A DNA stretch of 64,000 bases from Candidatus Woesearchaeota archaeon (lineage in GTDB: Archaea; Nanobdellota; Nanobdellia; Woesearchaeales; WJKR01). Location: contig JAFGNA010000022.1 of assembly GCA_016927245.1 (NCBI GenBank), forward strand, positions 3,128 through 67,127. Reading direction: 5' to 3'. This document shows, piece by piece, positions 29,213-38,676 of this stretch. The translations under genes were made by a program, and so were the position numbers. The notes beneath the pieces were generated by a model that saw nothing but the letters and a program-made list of their open reading frames with translations, made no database searches and was not told the origin of the DNA. The first letter of the stretch is position 1, and every line of letters begins with the position of its first letter.

Positions 29213-32200
29213 TCACACCTTCAGGGAAGTGACTTTGCTCATGCCGTGCTCGTTCATGCTGATGCCGTAGAGGTTGTCAGACTCGGTGATGACGCCGTCA
29301 TTATGGGAGATGATGATGTACTGCGCTCGCTTAGCATAGGTCTGTATGAGTTTTGCCAATCGTTCCGAATTCTTCTTGTCTAGGGCCGCGTCCACCTCGT
29401 CGAGGATGTAGAACGGCGCGGGCTCGTGCTCCTGCACGGCGAAGATGAACGCCAACGCCGTTAGGGTCTTCTCCCCGCCGGAGAGCGACCTGATATCGAG
29501 GAATTTCTTGCCCGTGATGCGCACCTTGAGCGTGAGTCCTCCGTCGAAGACCTCTTTGGGGTCCTCTAGCTCAAGGGTGGCTTCTCCTTTCGTCGACAGC
29601 GAGTCGAACAATCGCTTGAAGTTGGCGTTCACCACGTTGTACGTCTTCATGAACAACTCCTTCTTCTTCGCATCTACCTCGTTGATCATGACGAGCACGT
29701 TCTCGCGCTCGCCGCCGAGGGAATCCTTCTTCGCCAGCAGTTTCTTGTGCTCTGCATCCACCGTCTCGTAGATCTCGAGGGCCTTCATGTTAACGGCGCC
29801 GATATCCTCGACCATGCGCTCGAACTGGTTGATTTCCCGCTGGATGGAGAGCAATGACTTGTCCTTGAACAAGGGCACGCCCTCGTATTGCTTGAACTCT
29901 TCTTCCAGACCTGCGATTTCAGCCTTGACACGTGCCTGCTCGAGGCTGTTGGCGTTGACCTTCGCTTCTTGGCCGCGGACCTGCTCATTCTTGGCCATGA
30001 TGTCATTCTCTGCCTTGTTCGCCTCATCGGTCATCTTTGATCGCTTGTTGAAGAGCTCCTTGAACTGGTTGTAGAACGCTTTCTGCGCCTTGTCCTTCTC
30101 CACGAGCTCCTTCTCTTGCTGCTTGATGAGCTCCTGTAAGGACCGCTTCTCCTCCTTGAACGATTCTTCTTCCTTTGCGTGCTGCTTGAGGATGTCCTGA
30201 ATCTTCTCTCCCTCTGGGCCGAGGAGGTTGGATGATTCTGCCTCGATGGACTTGAGCTCGATGGTGAGCTCGGTGACTTGCCGCTTGAGCTCCTCTTTCT
30301 TCTCCTCGAAACTGTTCAGCTCGGCGAGCAAAGCCGGGCTCTGCAACGCGTTTATCTGCTCGCGCAGCTGCTGCTTCTCGACTTTCAGCGCCGCGAGCTT
30401 TCGGTTCTCAGATGAAATCTTGTCGGTGACGTCATCATAGCGTTTGTCGAGGTCTCCGAGCTCTTTCTGCAACTTCTTCTTCTCGTCCTTGTCGACGCCC
30501 GCGTCGTCGGCGTCAAGGTGCAGGCTCTTCTCGAGCTTGATGACCTCTCCTTCCAACGCCGCTTTGTGCTCACGGAGCCGCTGGATCGCTTCTTCGTTGT
30601 CCTGCTTCTCCTGGGCGACGCGCGCGATCACTGCTTCCTGATCAGCGATCTCTTTTTCGAGCTTTTCGAGGCTGGAGGAAATCTCTTGGTCTTGAAACCC
30701 GAGCCCTTTGGTGTGCTGCCGGTATCCTCCTTGCATGGCGCCGCTGGTCTCGACGAGATCCCCGGTCAGGGTGACCATACGCGCCTTGCCGACGCCTATC
30801 CTGCGTGCGGTGGCGACGTCATCCACCACAAGGGTGTTGCCGAACACGTAGTGGAAAACCTTCTCGTACTTCTTCTCGTAGTTCAGGAGGTCTATGGCCA
30901 GGCCGTGGACGCCTTTCCCTTTCATGAACCGTATCGTGGGCTCGATGATAGGTGGTTTGAGCTTGTTCAGCGGGAGGAAGGTGGCGACGCCGAGCTTGTG
31001 CTTCTTGAGGTGGCTGATGCAGTCCTCAGCGATGCTGTCATCGTCCACGACGACGCTCCTGATCCTGCCCCCTGCGGCTATCTCCATGGCGACGGCGTAT
31101 TCCTTCTTGGCGCGTCCGAGCTCTGAGACCACGCCGTGGACGCCTTTTCGCTTCATGTCAAGGATGGCATTCATGGCCGTGCCACCGGCGATGCTCTCGC
31201 GTACCCGTGCTTGCTGTCCGCGCAGCTTGGAGTACTCTTCCTGTCGTGAGAGGAGCTTTGTGCGCGCGTTGGCGAGCTGTGCCGCGAGCGACGAGTCCTG
31301 GTTGAAGCATTTGGAGAGCTCGACCGTCGCCTGCTTGAACGCGTCCTTCTTGGCCTTGAGCTCCTGTAGTTGTCCTTTGTGCTCCTTCTCTAATCCTAGG
31401 ACTCGTTGTATCTTCTCGTCGATGGTCTGGAGGCGCATCTCGTACTTGTCCTTCTCGCGCAGCAGCTGCTGCTGCTCTTCCCGCATGGCGCCTATGCCTT
31501 CCGCTACCTTGTCGGCTTCTTGGTCGATGCGCTCCATGCGCCCGTGCATGCCGGACGCGTCTGCCATGTTATGCTTCTTCTTGAACTCCTCTATACGGCC
31601 GTCGATGCGTCGTATCTCGTCCTGCTTGCCCTTGATCTGCTTCTCTAGGTCCTGCTTGCTCTTACGCAGAAGGGATGTCTTGTTGGAGAGCTCTTCAAGG
31701 CTCTTCTCGAGCTCCTGCTTCCGCTGCTTGAGCTTTTCGAGCTCGGCGTCCAGCGTCTGGACTCGTTGCTTGTCAACGGCGTTCCGCACCTTCAGCGATT
31801 CTGTCTCCTTGTGCAGCTTGACTTGTTCCTGCTCGCCTTTCTCCTCGACCTCCTTGTTGATGGCCTCTGCCTGTTTCCGCCGCTCCTCGACTTTTGCCCG
31901 GAGCTTCTCTATGTCCTTTTGATAGCTCGCTATCTTCTTCTTGGCATCGTCGACGGCTGATTGGAACTTAGCGGATTCCTCTTTCTTCTCGCGCAGCTGC
32001 TTGTCTAGCATCGTCGCCTTGTTGCGCTTGATCTTCTCGTCGAGGTCCTTGAACTTCTGCGCTTGGTCGCGCTCCTCCTTGAGCTCCTTGAGGTATACTT
32101 CTCTCTCGGTGAGGATGATGTCCGCCTCGTTCAGGCGTTCCTCCACCCTGGCGAGCTCGCGCAGGGCCTTCTCCTTCTTCTCCTCGTAAATGTTGATGCC

Positions 32201-32698
32201 GGCTATCTCCTCGATGATCTTGCGGCGCTCGTTCGTGCTCATCTCCACGAGGCGCACGATGTCTCCTTGGAGTATGATGTTGTAGCCATCAGGGTCGATG
32301 CGTGCGCGTGATAGGAGTTCGAGCACTTGTTGTCGTGTCATGGTCTTGTTGTTAATCTTGTACACGCTCTGGCCTGATTGCCTGATGAGGCGGGTGATCT
32401 TGACCTCGTCGCCGCCGATGCCGAACGCGTCGCGCTCGTTGGAGAACCAGATGCTCACTTCTCCTTCCTTGGCAGGCTTCTTGAGCTTTCCGCCATTGTA
32501 GATGAGGTTGGCTGATTTCTCCGCTCGCAGCCCTTTTGCGGAGGCCTTGCCGAGGACGAAGCACAAGGCGTCTATGATGTTGCTCTTCCCCGAGCCGTTG
32601 GGGCCGAGGACGCAGTTGAACCGGTCGCCGAAGAGCACCTCTGTCTTGTATGCGAAACTCTTAAAGCCCCGCATCTGCATTCTCGTCACTTGTACCAT
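29213..32698 (-). CDS. smc: Chromosome segregation protein SMC
   Basis: 1161 aa, N-terminal Walker A GPNGSGKSN, long coiled coils, hinge, C-terminal LSGGEKTLTALAFIFA and DEVDAALD. Confidence 0.9.
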   Translation of the reverse strand: MVQVTRMQMRGFKSFAYKTEVLFGDRFNCVLGPNGSGKSNIIDALCFVLGKASAKGLRAEKSANLIYNGGKLKKPAKEGEVSIWFSNERDAFGIGGDEVKITRLIRQSGQSVYKINNKTMTRQQVLELLSRARIDPDGYNIILQGDIVRLVEMSTNERRKIIEEIAGINIYEEKKEKALRELARVEERLNEADIILTEREVYLKELKEERDQAQKFKDLDEKIKRNKATMLDKQLREKKEESAKFQSAVDDAKKKIASYQKDIEKLRAKVEERRKQAEAINKEVEEKGEQEQVKLHKETESLKVRNAVDKQRVQTLDAELEKLKQRKQELEKSLEELSNKTSLLRKSKQDLEKQIKGKQDEIRRIDGRIEEFKKKHNMADASGMHGRMERIDQEADKVAEGIGAMREEQQQLLREKDKYEMRLQTIDEKIQRVLGLEKEHKGQLQELKAKKDAFKQATVELSKCFNQDSSLAAQLANARTKLLSRQEEYSKLRGQQARVRESIAGGTAMNAILDMKRKGVHGVVSELGRAKKEYAVAMEIAAGGRIRSVVVDDDSIAEDCISHLKKHKLGVATFLPLNKLKPPIIEPTIRFMKGKGVHGLAIDLLNYEKKYEKVFHYVFGNTLVVDDVATARRIGVGKARMVTLTGDLVETSGAMQGGYRQHTKGLGFQDQEISSSLEKLEKEIADQEAVIARVAQEKQDNEEAIQRLREHKAALEGEVIKLEKSLHLDADDAGVDKDEKKKLQKELGDLDKRYDDVTDKISSENRKLAALKVEKQQLREQINALQSPALLAELNSFEEKKEELKRQVTELTIELKSIEAESSNLLGPEGEKIQDILKQHAKEEESFKEEKRSLQELIKQQEKELVEKDKAQKAFYNQFKELFNKRSKMTDEANKAENDIMAKNEQVRGQEAKVNANSLEQARVKAEIAGLEEEFKQYEGVPLFKDKSLLSIQREINQFERMVEDIGAVNMKALEIYETVDAEHKKLLAKKDSLGGERENVLVMINEVDAKKKELFMKTYNVVNANFKRLFDSLSTKGEATLELEDPKEVFDGGLTLKVRITGKKFLDIRSLSGGEKTLTALAFIFAVQEHEPAPFYILDEVDAALDKKNSERLAKLIQTYAKRAQYIIISHNDGVITESDNLYGISMNEHGMSKVTSLKV

Positions 32699-32742
32699 AT
32701 TCCTAGTCGGTGGATTGAAAAAGCCTAGTATTTAAAGCTATC

Positions 32743-33882
32743 GTGTCGTCGCGAGCGACGGCGATGACAAGCATGACAAGAATAAACTATATAAATGAAG
32801 GGTGGCTTCGCCCCATCTATATGGTGGACATCGAGACCGTATTGGCGACGGCGTTCTGGGGGAACACGGTGCAGGACTACGCGATAGCCACTGGCATGCT
32901 CATCGCAGGCATCCTCGTCCTGTGGTTCTTCAAGTTCGTCATCATCCAACGGTTCAAGCGGTTGGCGGAGAGGACCAAGAACGACCTTGACGATATGGTT
33001 ATCGAGGCGGGGAACGCCATCGGGTGGCCGTTCTACGTCATCCTCTCCGTGTTCGTCGCCCTGAAGTCCCTGTCGGTCCACCCTGCCTTGGACAAGGGCG
33101 TCTACTTCCTCCTCATCATCACCTTGACGTTCTACGCGGGGAGGATTGTGCACAAGATCATCAGCTTCTTCGCGGAGAAGTGGGACAAGAAGAACGACAA
33201 GAAGGGCTCGGTGGCGCACAGCCCCATCGTGAACATGCTCAAGACGTTCGCGCAGGCCGTGCTGTGGATCATCGTCATCCTCGTCATACTGGACAACCTC
33301 GGCTTCGACGTGACTACCATGCTGGCTGGTATCGGCATCGGCGGCGTGGCCATCGCCATCGCGCTGCAAGGCATCCTCTCAGACGTCTTCGCCTCGGTGA
33401 GCATCTACTTCGACAAGCCTTTCGAGGTGGGCGATTTCATCATCATCGGCGCTGACATGGGCACGGTGGAGAAGATAGGCATCAAATCCACGAGGATCAG
33501 GACATTGCAGGGGCAGGAGCTCGTCGTGTCCAACCAGGAACTGACGAGCTCGCGCATCAACAACTACAAGAAGATGCAGCGCCGGCGCATCGTGTTCTCG
33601 TTCGGCGTCACCTACGACACCCCTGCCAGCAAGCTGCAGAGGATACCAGGCGTGGTAAAGAAGATCATCGACAAAGAGGACCTCGCTGACATCGATCGCT
33701 GCCATTTCAAGTCCTTCGATGATTCCAGCCTGACATTCGAGGTCGTGTACTACATGAAGGTCAGCGATTACAACAAGTACATGGACACCCAGCAGTCCAT
33801 CAACCTCGAGATAGTCAAGGCGTTCGACAAGGCGAAGATAGAGATGGCCTTCCCGACCAGGACGGTGCACTTGAAGAAGTGA
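32743..33882 (+). CDS. Small-conductance mechanosensitive channel MscS family
   Basis: TM3 plus beta-domain pattern GIGGVAIAIALQGILSDVFASVSIYFDKPFEVGDFIIIG..GTVEKIGIKSTRIRT. Confidence 0.75.
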   Translation: MSSRATAMTSMTRINYINEGWLRPIYMVDIETVLATAFWGNTVQDYAIATGMLIAGILVLWFFKFVIIQRFKRLAERTKNDLDDMVIEAGNAIGWPFYVILSVFVALKSLSVHPALDKGVYFLLIITLTFYAGRIVHKIISFFAEKWDKKNDKKGSVAHSPIVNMLKTFAQAVLWIIVILVILDNLGFDVTTMLAGIGIGGVAIAIALQGILSDVFASVSIYFDKPFEVGDFIIIGADMGTVEKIGIKSTRIRTLQGQELVVSNQELTSSRINNYKKMQRRRIVFSFGVTYDTPASKLQRIPGVVKKIIDKEDLADIDRCHFKSFDDSSLTFEVVYYMKVSDYNKYMDTQQSINLEIVKAFDKAKIEMAFPTRTVHLKK

Positions 33883-33943
33883 CCAGCCCTTGCGCGGCGA
33901 AGAAGTTCTCGGCGGCGATGGACCTCGTCAAGGAAGAGCTTCC

Positions 33944-34639
33944 TCAGCAACTCTTCCCTTGGAACAGCTCGACGAACGCTATCTTGACCCAGCCAAGCAA
34001 GGGTATCCTCGTCACGCCGACACCGATGATTTGTTGCTCGTACACCGACTCCTCGACGATGCCTCTCGCAGGGTCATCGATCATGTCAGGGTTGTGATCG
34101 CCCTTAGTCTGGAACACGTGGCCGGTAGCAGTCATCTCAGCACCGATGACGCGGTGGATGATGGGATAAGGAGGATTGGCATCCTTGTTAGTAGGCACCG
34201 CCTGGAAGACGATGATGTCGCCGACCTCGATGGCCTCGGGGTCCTTGCCGCGCAGCACGATGATATCTCCCTTGGAGAACCCTTCGCTGAAAGGGAACGT
34301 TGAGAACTCCTCTTCCAGGATGCCATAATCCTCGTACCAGTCACCGCACACCTCCCAGAAGTCGTGGTCCGCCGGGCGTTGCCTCTCGATGTCGTCGCAG
34401 AGCGCGTACGTCTTCTCACAAGCGTTGCGGGTATAGCCGTGGTCCATGCTCTCACTCACCACGGCGACGACGGGCAAAGACGTCCCCATGACGAGGCCGA
34501 GCAGGGGGTAGACGACGAACTTTATGAGGATGAACGCGAGCACGATGTTGACGGCCCAGCTCGCCAATGAGTCCTCGTACCAGATGAAATACCAAGCCTT
34601 GCCCAGGGGTGTGACTGGCTTCCTTCGCTGCTTCGCCAT
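33944..34639 (-). CDS. Signal peptidase I (archaeal Sec11/S26 type)
   Basis: N-terminal TM then VVSESMDHG (catalytic Ser box), GDIIVF, IIHRVIG. Confidence 0.65.
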   Translation of the reverse strand: MAKQRRKPVTPLGKAWYFIWYEDSLASWAVNIVLAFILIKFVVYPLLGLVMGTSLPVVAVVSESMDHGYTRNACEKTYALCDDIERQRPADHDFWEVCGDWYEDYGILEEEFSTFPFSEGFSKGDIIVLRGKDPEAIEVGDIIVFQAVPTNKDANPPYPIIHRVIGAEMTATGHVFQTKGDHNPDMIDDPARGIVEESVYEQQIIGVGVTRIPLLGWVKIAFVELFQGKSC

Positions 34640-34692
34640 GAGGGGTGCTGAAACACCGTAGTTTTATAAAGGTTTGTGCTTTTCTGCAGGGC

Positions 34693-35640
34693 ATGCCATT
34701 CTGCCCGAAATGCGGGAAGGACATCCCTTTAGGCCAGGAGTTCTGCGAGGAGCACGCCCCCGTCGAGATAAAGCTACGGCCGTTCGAGATAGCGGTGTGC
34801 AGCTGCGGCCGCGTCAGGACTCATGATCGCTGGTTCACACCTACAAACCTCGAAGCGAGCGTCCTCAAGGCGGCCAAGGAGCACTGCCAGCAGAGGGCTT
34901 CGTTCCGTGTCGAGGAACTGGTCGTGCCCGAGCGGCGCGGCGAGAGAACGACGTGCAAGCTCGTCGCCTCATACCAAGGTAAGGAGTACCCGTCGTCGTG
35001 CACCGTACGCAACCAGCGATGCGACAAGTGCGCGCGCATGGGCACCGAGTACTTCACGGCCAAGGTGCAGCTCCGCGACCCACCAGAAGGGGTGCTCGAG
35101 TATATCGAGTCGTTCCTCGAGCCGCTCACCAGCAAAGGAGTGGCTGTCAACAAGGTGGAAGAAACCCTGAGGGGGCCGGACCTCTACCTAACGCACAAAT
35201 CCTCAGCCAGGCAGCTGGGAGAGAAGCTGGTCAGGAGGTTCGGCGGCGCCATGAAGGCTTCGGAGCAGTTGTTCAGCAGGGACAAGCAGACCTCGAAGGG
35301 CCTCTACCGCCTTAACGTCGTGGTGCAGTTCCCTTCCTTCACGGTCGGCGACGTCGTCCTGGTTGAGAGCCGCGCCGTGCTCGTCACCGGGCTGGGCAAG
35401 CGGTGCACCGGCAGGGACGTGGAACACGACAGGAAGGTCGTGTTCGTGCCGGGCGATGAGGCCGAGGTGCTGCAGCAGTACAAGACCACGATTAGCATGG
35501 TTCATCCTCGGCTAGAGGCCATCCACCCCGTGACGTTCCAATCAGTGCCCGTACGCAACCATCCCGCCATGCTAGGCGCGTATGAGCTTGGCCGGAAGGT
35601 GAAGGCGGTGCTGGCGGGGAAGCGACTCCTTATCATCTGA
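34693..35640 (+). CDS. nmd3: NMD3-family protein (ORF from 34645; MPFCPKCG at 34693 is the likely start)
   Basis: N-terminal CxxC..C zinc-finger pairs (CPKCG..CEEH..CSCG; CDKCAR), about 315 aa, archaeal Nmd3 architecture. Confidence 0.65.
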   Translation: MPFCPKCGKDIPLGQEFCEEHAPVEIKLRPFEIAVCSCGRVRTHDRWFTPTNLEASVLKAAKEHCQQRASFRVEELVVPERRGERTTCKLVASYQGKEYPSSCTVRNQRCDKCARMGTEYFTAKVQLRDPPEGVLEYIESFLEPLTSKGVAVNKVEETLRGPDLYLTHKSSARQLGEKLVRRFGGAMKASEQLFSRDKQTSKGLYRLNVVVQFPSFTVGDVVLVESRAVLVTGLGKRCTGRDVEHDRKVVFVPGDEAEVLQQYKTTISMVHPRLEAIHPVTFQSVPVRNHPAMLGAYELGRKVKAVLAGKRLLII

Positions 35641-35673
35641 GGCAGGACAGCCTAAAAGCTTTTAAGTGATGTC

Positions 35674-36846
35674 TTGTTCCCTCTCGTTAGGGACGTCATC
35701 ATGATTAGGGGGGATTTCCACTTATTCTCGTGCCGGAGCGGGCAGCCCTATGCCGAGAAGGTGATGGGCCAGCTAGAATACCTCATTAACCAGCGGGGAG
35801 GAGAGCTTCGTGGCAAGGACCACCTACGGTCGCACGAGCACAGGGAGATGGAATTCATCGACTATTTCCATGACGAGAACTTGAGCATCGGCAAGGTCGA
35901 CAGGCGCCATTTCGAAGACGACGAGATGAAGCTGAACCTAGAGTCGTACGAGAACGTTAGGGATAAGGATGTCTACCTCATCCAGAACGCGTATAACACG
36001 ACGGAAGGGTTGTTGCTGAGCCAGAACATCATGGAGACGCTCATCACCCTTGATTCCTTGCGACGGGTGAAGGCAGGGAACATCACGCTTGTCTGGTTGT
36101 ACTTCGCGTACGGCCGTGGTGATAAGGAGCACGGCAAGGGAGGCATCCCTGCTAGGTTGATGGCGGACCTGCTCACGACCGCAGGCATGGACCGGTTGTT
36201 GACCATGGACCTGCACGCGGACCAGATAACCGGCTTCTTCGACAAGCGACTCGTGCAGGTGGAGCACCTCCACGCCTCTCCGCTGATCATCCATTACGCG
36301 AAGAGCATCGCTGGTATCGACGCGACCATCGCCGCTCCGGACACGGGCGCGGCTGGCAGGTCTGAGTTCTATGCGAAGCATCTCAAGGATGACATGGTGA
36401 TGGGGTACAAGAAGCGCGATTATTCGGTGAACCACAAGGTCGATAATATCAATGTGCTCGGGAAGCCCCATAAGCGGGCCGCTTTCATCGTGGATGACAT
36501 CGTCAGCAAGGGCAGCACCATGATCAAGATGATGGAGCAACTGCGCAAGAAGGGCGTCAAGGAGGCGTATCTCGGCTGCACGCACCCTTTGCTCATCTGC
36601 GATGCGATAGAACGGTTCGACAAGTTCTACCAGGACAGGAAGCATCCTTTCAAGCGATTGATTGGCACTGATGCGATCCCGCAAGATGATGCTATCAAGG
36701 AACGCCCGTGGTACGTGGAGATTGACACGAGCAGGTTCATCGCGAAGGCCATCTATGAGATGCACACCTCTGGCAGCCTGACCAAGCTGCATGACCCGTT
36801 CTGCGTGGAGAAGTATGACCTCTGGGTCGGAACGAACAAGGATTAG
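35674..36846 (+). CDS. Ribose-phosphate pyrophosphokinase (PRPP synthetase) family, atypically long
   Basis: DLHADQITGFF (PRS motif), PRPP-binding loop FIVDDIVSKGSTM; 390 aa versus about 290 typical, with extra N-terminal and internal segments. Confidence 0.6.
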   Translation: MFPLVRDVIMIRGDFHLFSCRSGQPYAEKVMGQLEYLINQRGGELRGKDHLRSHEHREMEFIDYFHDENLSIGKVDRRHFEDDEMKLNLESYENVRDKDVYLIQNAYNTTEGLLLSQNIMETLITLDSLRRVKAGNITLVWLYFAYGRGDKEHGKGGIPARLMADLLTTAGMDRLLTMDLHADQITGFFDKRLVQVEHLHASPLIIHYAKSIAGIDATIAAPDTGAAGRSEFYAKHLKDDMVMGYKKRDYSVNHKVDNINVLGKPHKRAAFIVDDIVSKGSTMIKMMEQLRKKGVKEAYLGCTHPLLICDAIERFDKFYQDRKHPFKRLIGTDAIPQDDAIKERPWYVEIDTSRFIAKAIYEMHTSGSLTKLHDPFCVEKYDLWVGTNKD

Positions 36847-38651
36847 CCTATCCTGTACGGGCTTTTCGGCAGCTTTTTGCGCTTCGTGTTCCACTCGCTG
36901 AGCAGGATGCTGCTGTTGATGAGGGCTATGTGCGTGTACGCCTGCGGGAAGTTGCCGAGCGGGTGCTTGGTCTTGAGGTCTAGGTCTTCTGAGTAGAGGT
37001 CGAGGTGGTTGCTGTACTTGGCGAGCTGGTCGTACAGCTTCCTCGCAGCTCCCTGCTCGCCGATGTTGTACAGGGCGTCGATGAGCCAGAAGCTGCAGAT
37101 GGTGAACGCTGATCCTGAGACGCCGAAGTCATCCCGTATCTTGTAGCGCTGCACGAGGCCTGCTGTGCGGAGCTCGTCGTTGATGGCCTTGACGGTATTG
37201 ATGAGCCTAGGGTCATCTGGCTGGAGGAATTCATGATAGCTCATCATCAGCACTGCGGCGTCGAGCTCTTCTCCTCCGTAGTACATGGTGAACGCGCGCT
37301 TCCGCTCATGCCACGCCTTGCGCAGGATGTCAGCCTGTATCCTGTCCCTGAGCTGCGCCCATTGCTCGGCCTGTTCGTGCTTCTTGTAGTGCTGGGCTAG
37401 CTTGACCGCGCGGTCCACGCCGACGTAGCACATCAGCTTGGAGTAGGTGAAGTGCTGCTTGATGCCGCGGAACTCCCATATCCCTTGGTCTTTCCTCCTC
37501 CATCGCTTCTCTATCTCCTTGACGAGGTAGACGAGGAAGTTCCAGTACTGCTTAGGTAGGCGCTTCTCGTACTCGTAGTAGGCATAGTACAGGTAGAGGA
37601 GGTCGATGAGGCTGCCGTAGATGTCGTGCTGCTTCTGGTCGTACGCCGCGTTGCCTACCCGTACCGGCCTGCTGCCGCGGTGGCCTGAGAGGTGGTCGAG
37701 AGTCTTCTCTGTGAGTTTGGCCTCGCCGTAGATGCCGTACATGAGCTGGAGTGGTTTGTGCTTCTTGCTCGAGTTCTCGAGGAAGAAGTTGAGGAGCTTC
37801 TTCGCCTCGTGGTCTCGTCCTATCTTCTTGAACGCGTCGACCGTGAAGGCGGCGTCGCGCACCCAGCAGTAGCGGTAGTCCCAGTTGCGCTCCTCGCCGA
37901 GTTCCTCCGGTAGCGAGGTCGTGGGAGCGGCCACGATGGCCCCTGTCTCTGAGTAGGTGAGGAGTTTGAGGATGAGGGCTGACCTGATGATGCGCTCGCG
38001 ATGCTGCTCAGGGAGGGTCATCGAGCGCACCCAGCGCCTCCAGTAGGTCCTCGTCGCGTTCTCGAGACGCTTGAGGTAGGTGGCGTTGACGTAGCCGTGG
38101 TCGTGTACCTCGCCTATCATGAAGTACTTGGTGTGGTCTAGTTTGAAGTGTAGTTGTTGGAGGATGAGGTCGTAGTCGACGTTGCTGTTCAGGCAGAGCT
38201 TGTGGTGCTTGTTCCTTGTGATGAGGTTGCCTTTGAAGACGCGGTGCCGGTTGTCTCCTTGCGCGTAGTTGAGCTTGGGATCGTAGATGACCTTGATGAT
38301 AGGCTTGCCTTTGAGGGGTTTGATGAGCCTGACGAGGTTGTTCTGGCGGAAGAGCTGCTCGTGGTTGTTTTCGAGGAGTTTGCGATACCTCGGGAAGAAG
38401 TCGATGATGACGAACTTGTCCCTCCCGTTGTCGTACGTGGTCTCTAGGATGTTGGTGTGCTCTTGGTACTGCTGCGAGATCTTGTAGTTCCCCCTCGCCT
38501 CTATGCTGAGGCTGCCGCCTTTGTCCTCGTCGAGTATCTTGGCGAACACGCTCGGGCTGGCGAAGTGGGGGAAGCAGAACCAGTCGACGCTGCCTTTCTT
38601 GTCGATGAGCGCGCAGGCCTTGCAGTTCCCGATGATGCCGTAGTCGAGCAT
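36843..38651 (-). CDS. Glycoside hydrolase family 15 (glucoamylase/trehalase-like)
   Basis: GIIGNCKACALIDKKGSVDWFCFPHF N-terminus, WRRW, about 600 aa archaeal GH15 layout. Confidence 0.7.
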   Translation of the reverse strand: MLDYGIIGNCKACALIDKKGSVDWFCFPHFASPSVFAKILDEDKGGSLSIEARGNYKISQQYQEHTNILETTYDNGRDKFVIIDFFPRYRKLLENNHEQLFRQNNLVRLIKPLKGKPIIKVIYDPKLNYAQGDNRHRVFKGNLITRNKHHKLCLNSNVDYDLILQQLHFKLDHTKYFMIGEVHDHGYVNATYLKRLENATRTYWRRWVRSMTLPEQHRERIIRSALILKLLTYSETGAIVAAPTTSLPEELGEERNWDYRYCWVRDAAFTVDAFKKIGRDHEAKKLLNFFLENSSKKHKPLQLMYGIYGEAKLTEKTLDHLSGHRGSRPVRVGNAAYDQKQHDIYGSLIDLLYLYYAYYEYEKRLPKQYWNFLVYLVKEIEKRWRRKDQGIWEFRGIKQHFTYSKLMCYVGVDRAVKLAQHYKKHEQAEQWAQLRDRIQADILRKAWHERKRAFTMYYGGEELDAAVLMMSYHEFLQPDDPRLINTVKAINDELRTAGLVQRYKIRDDFGVSGSAFTICSFWLIDALYNIGEQGAARKLYDQLAKYSNHLDLYSEDLDLKTKHPLGNFPQAYTHIALINSSILLSEWNTKRKKLPKSPYRIG

Positions 38652-38676
38652 GAGGAACGCTGAGGGATGATCATTT

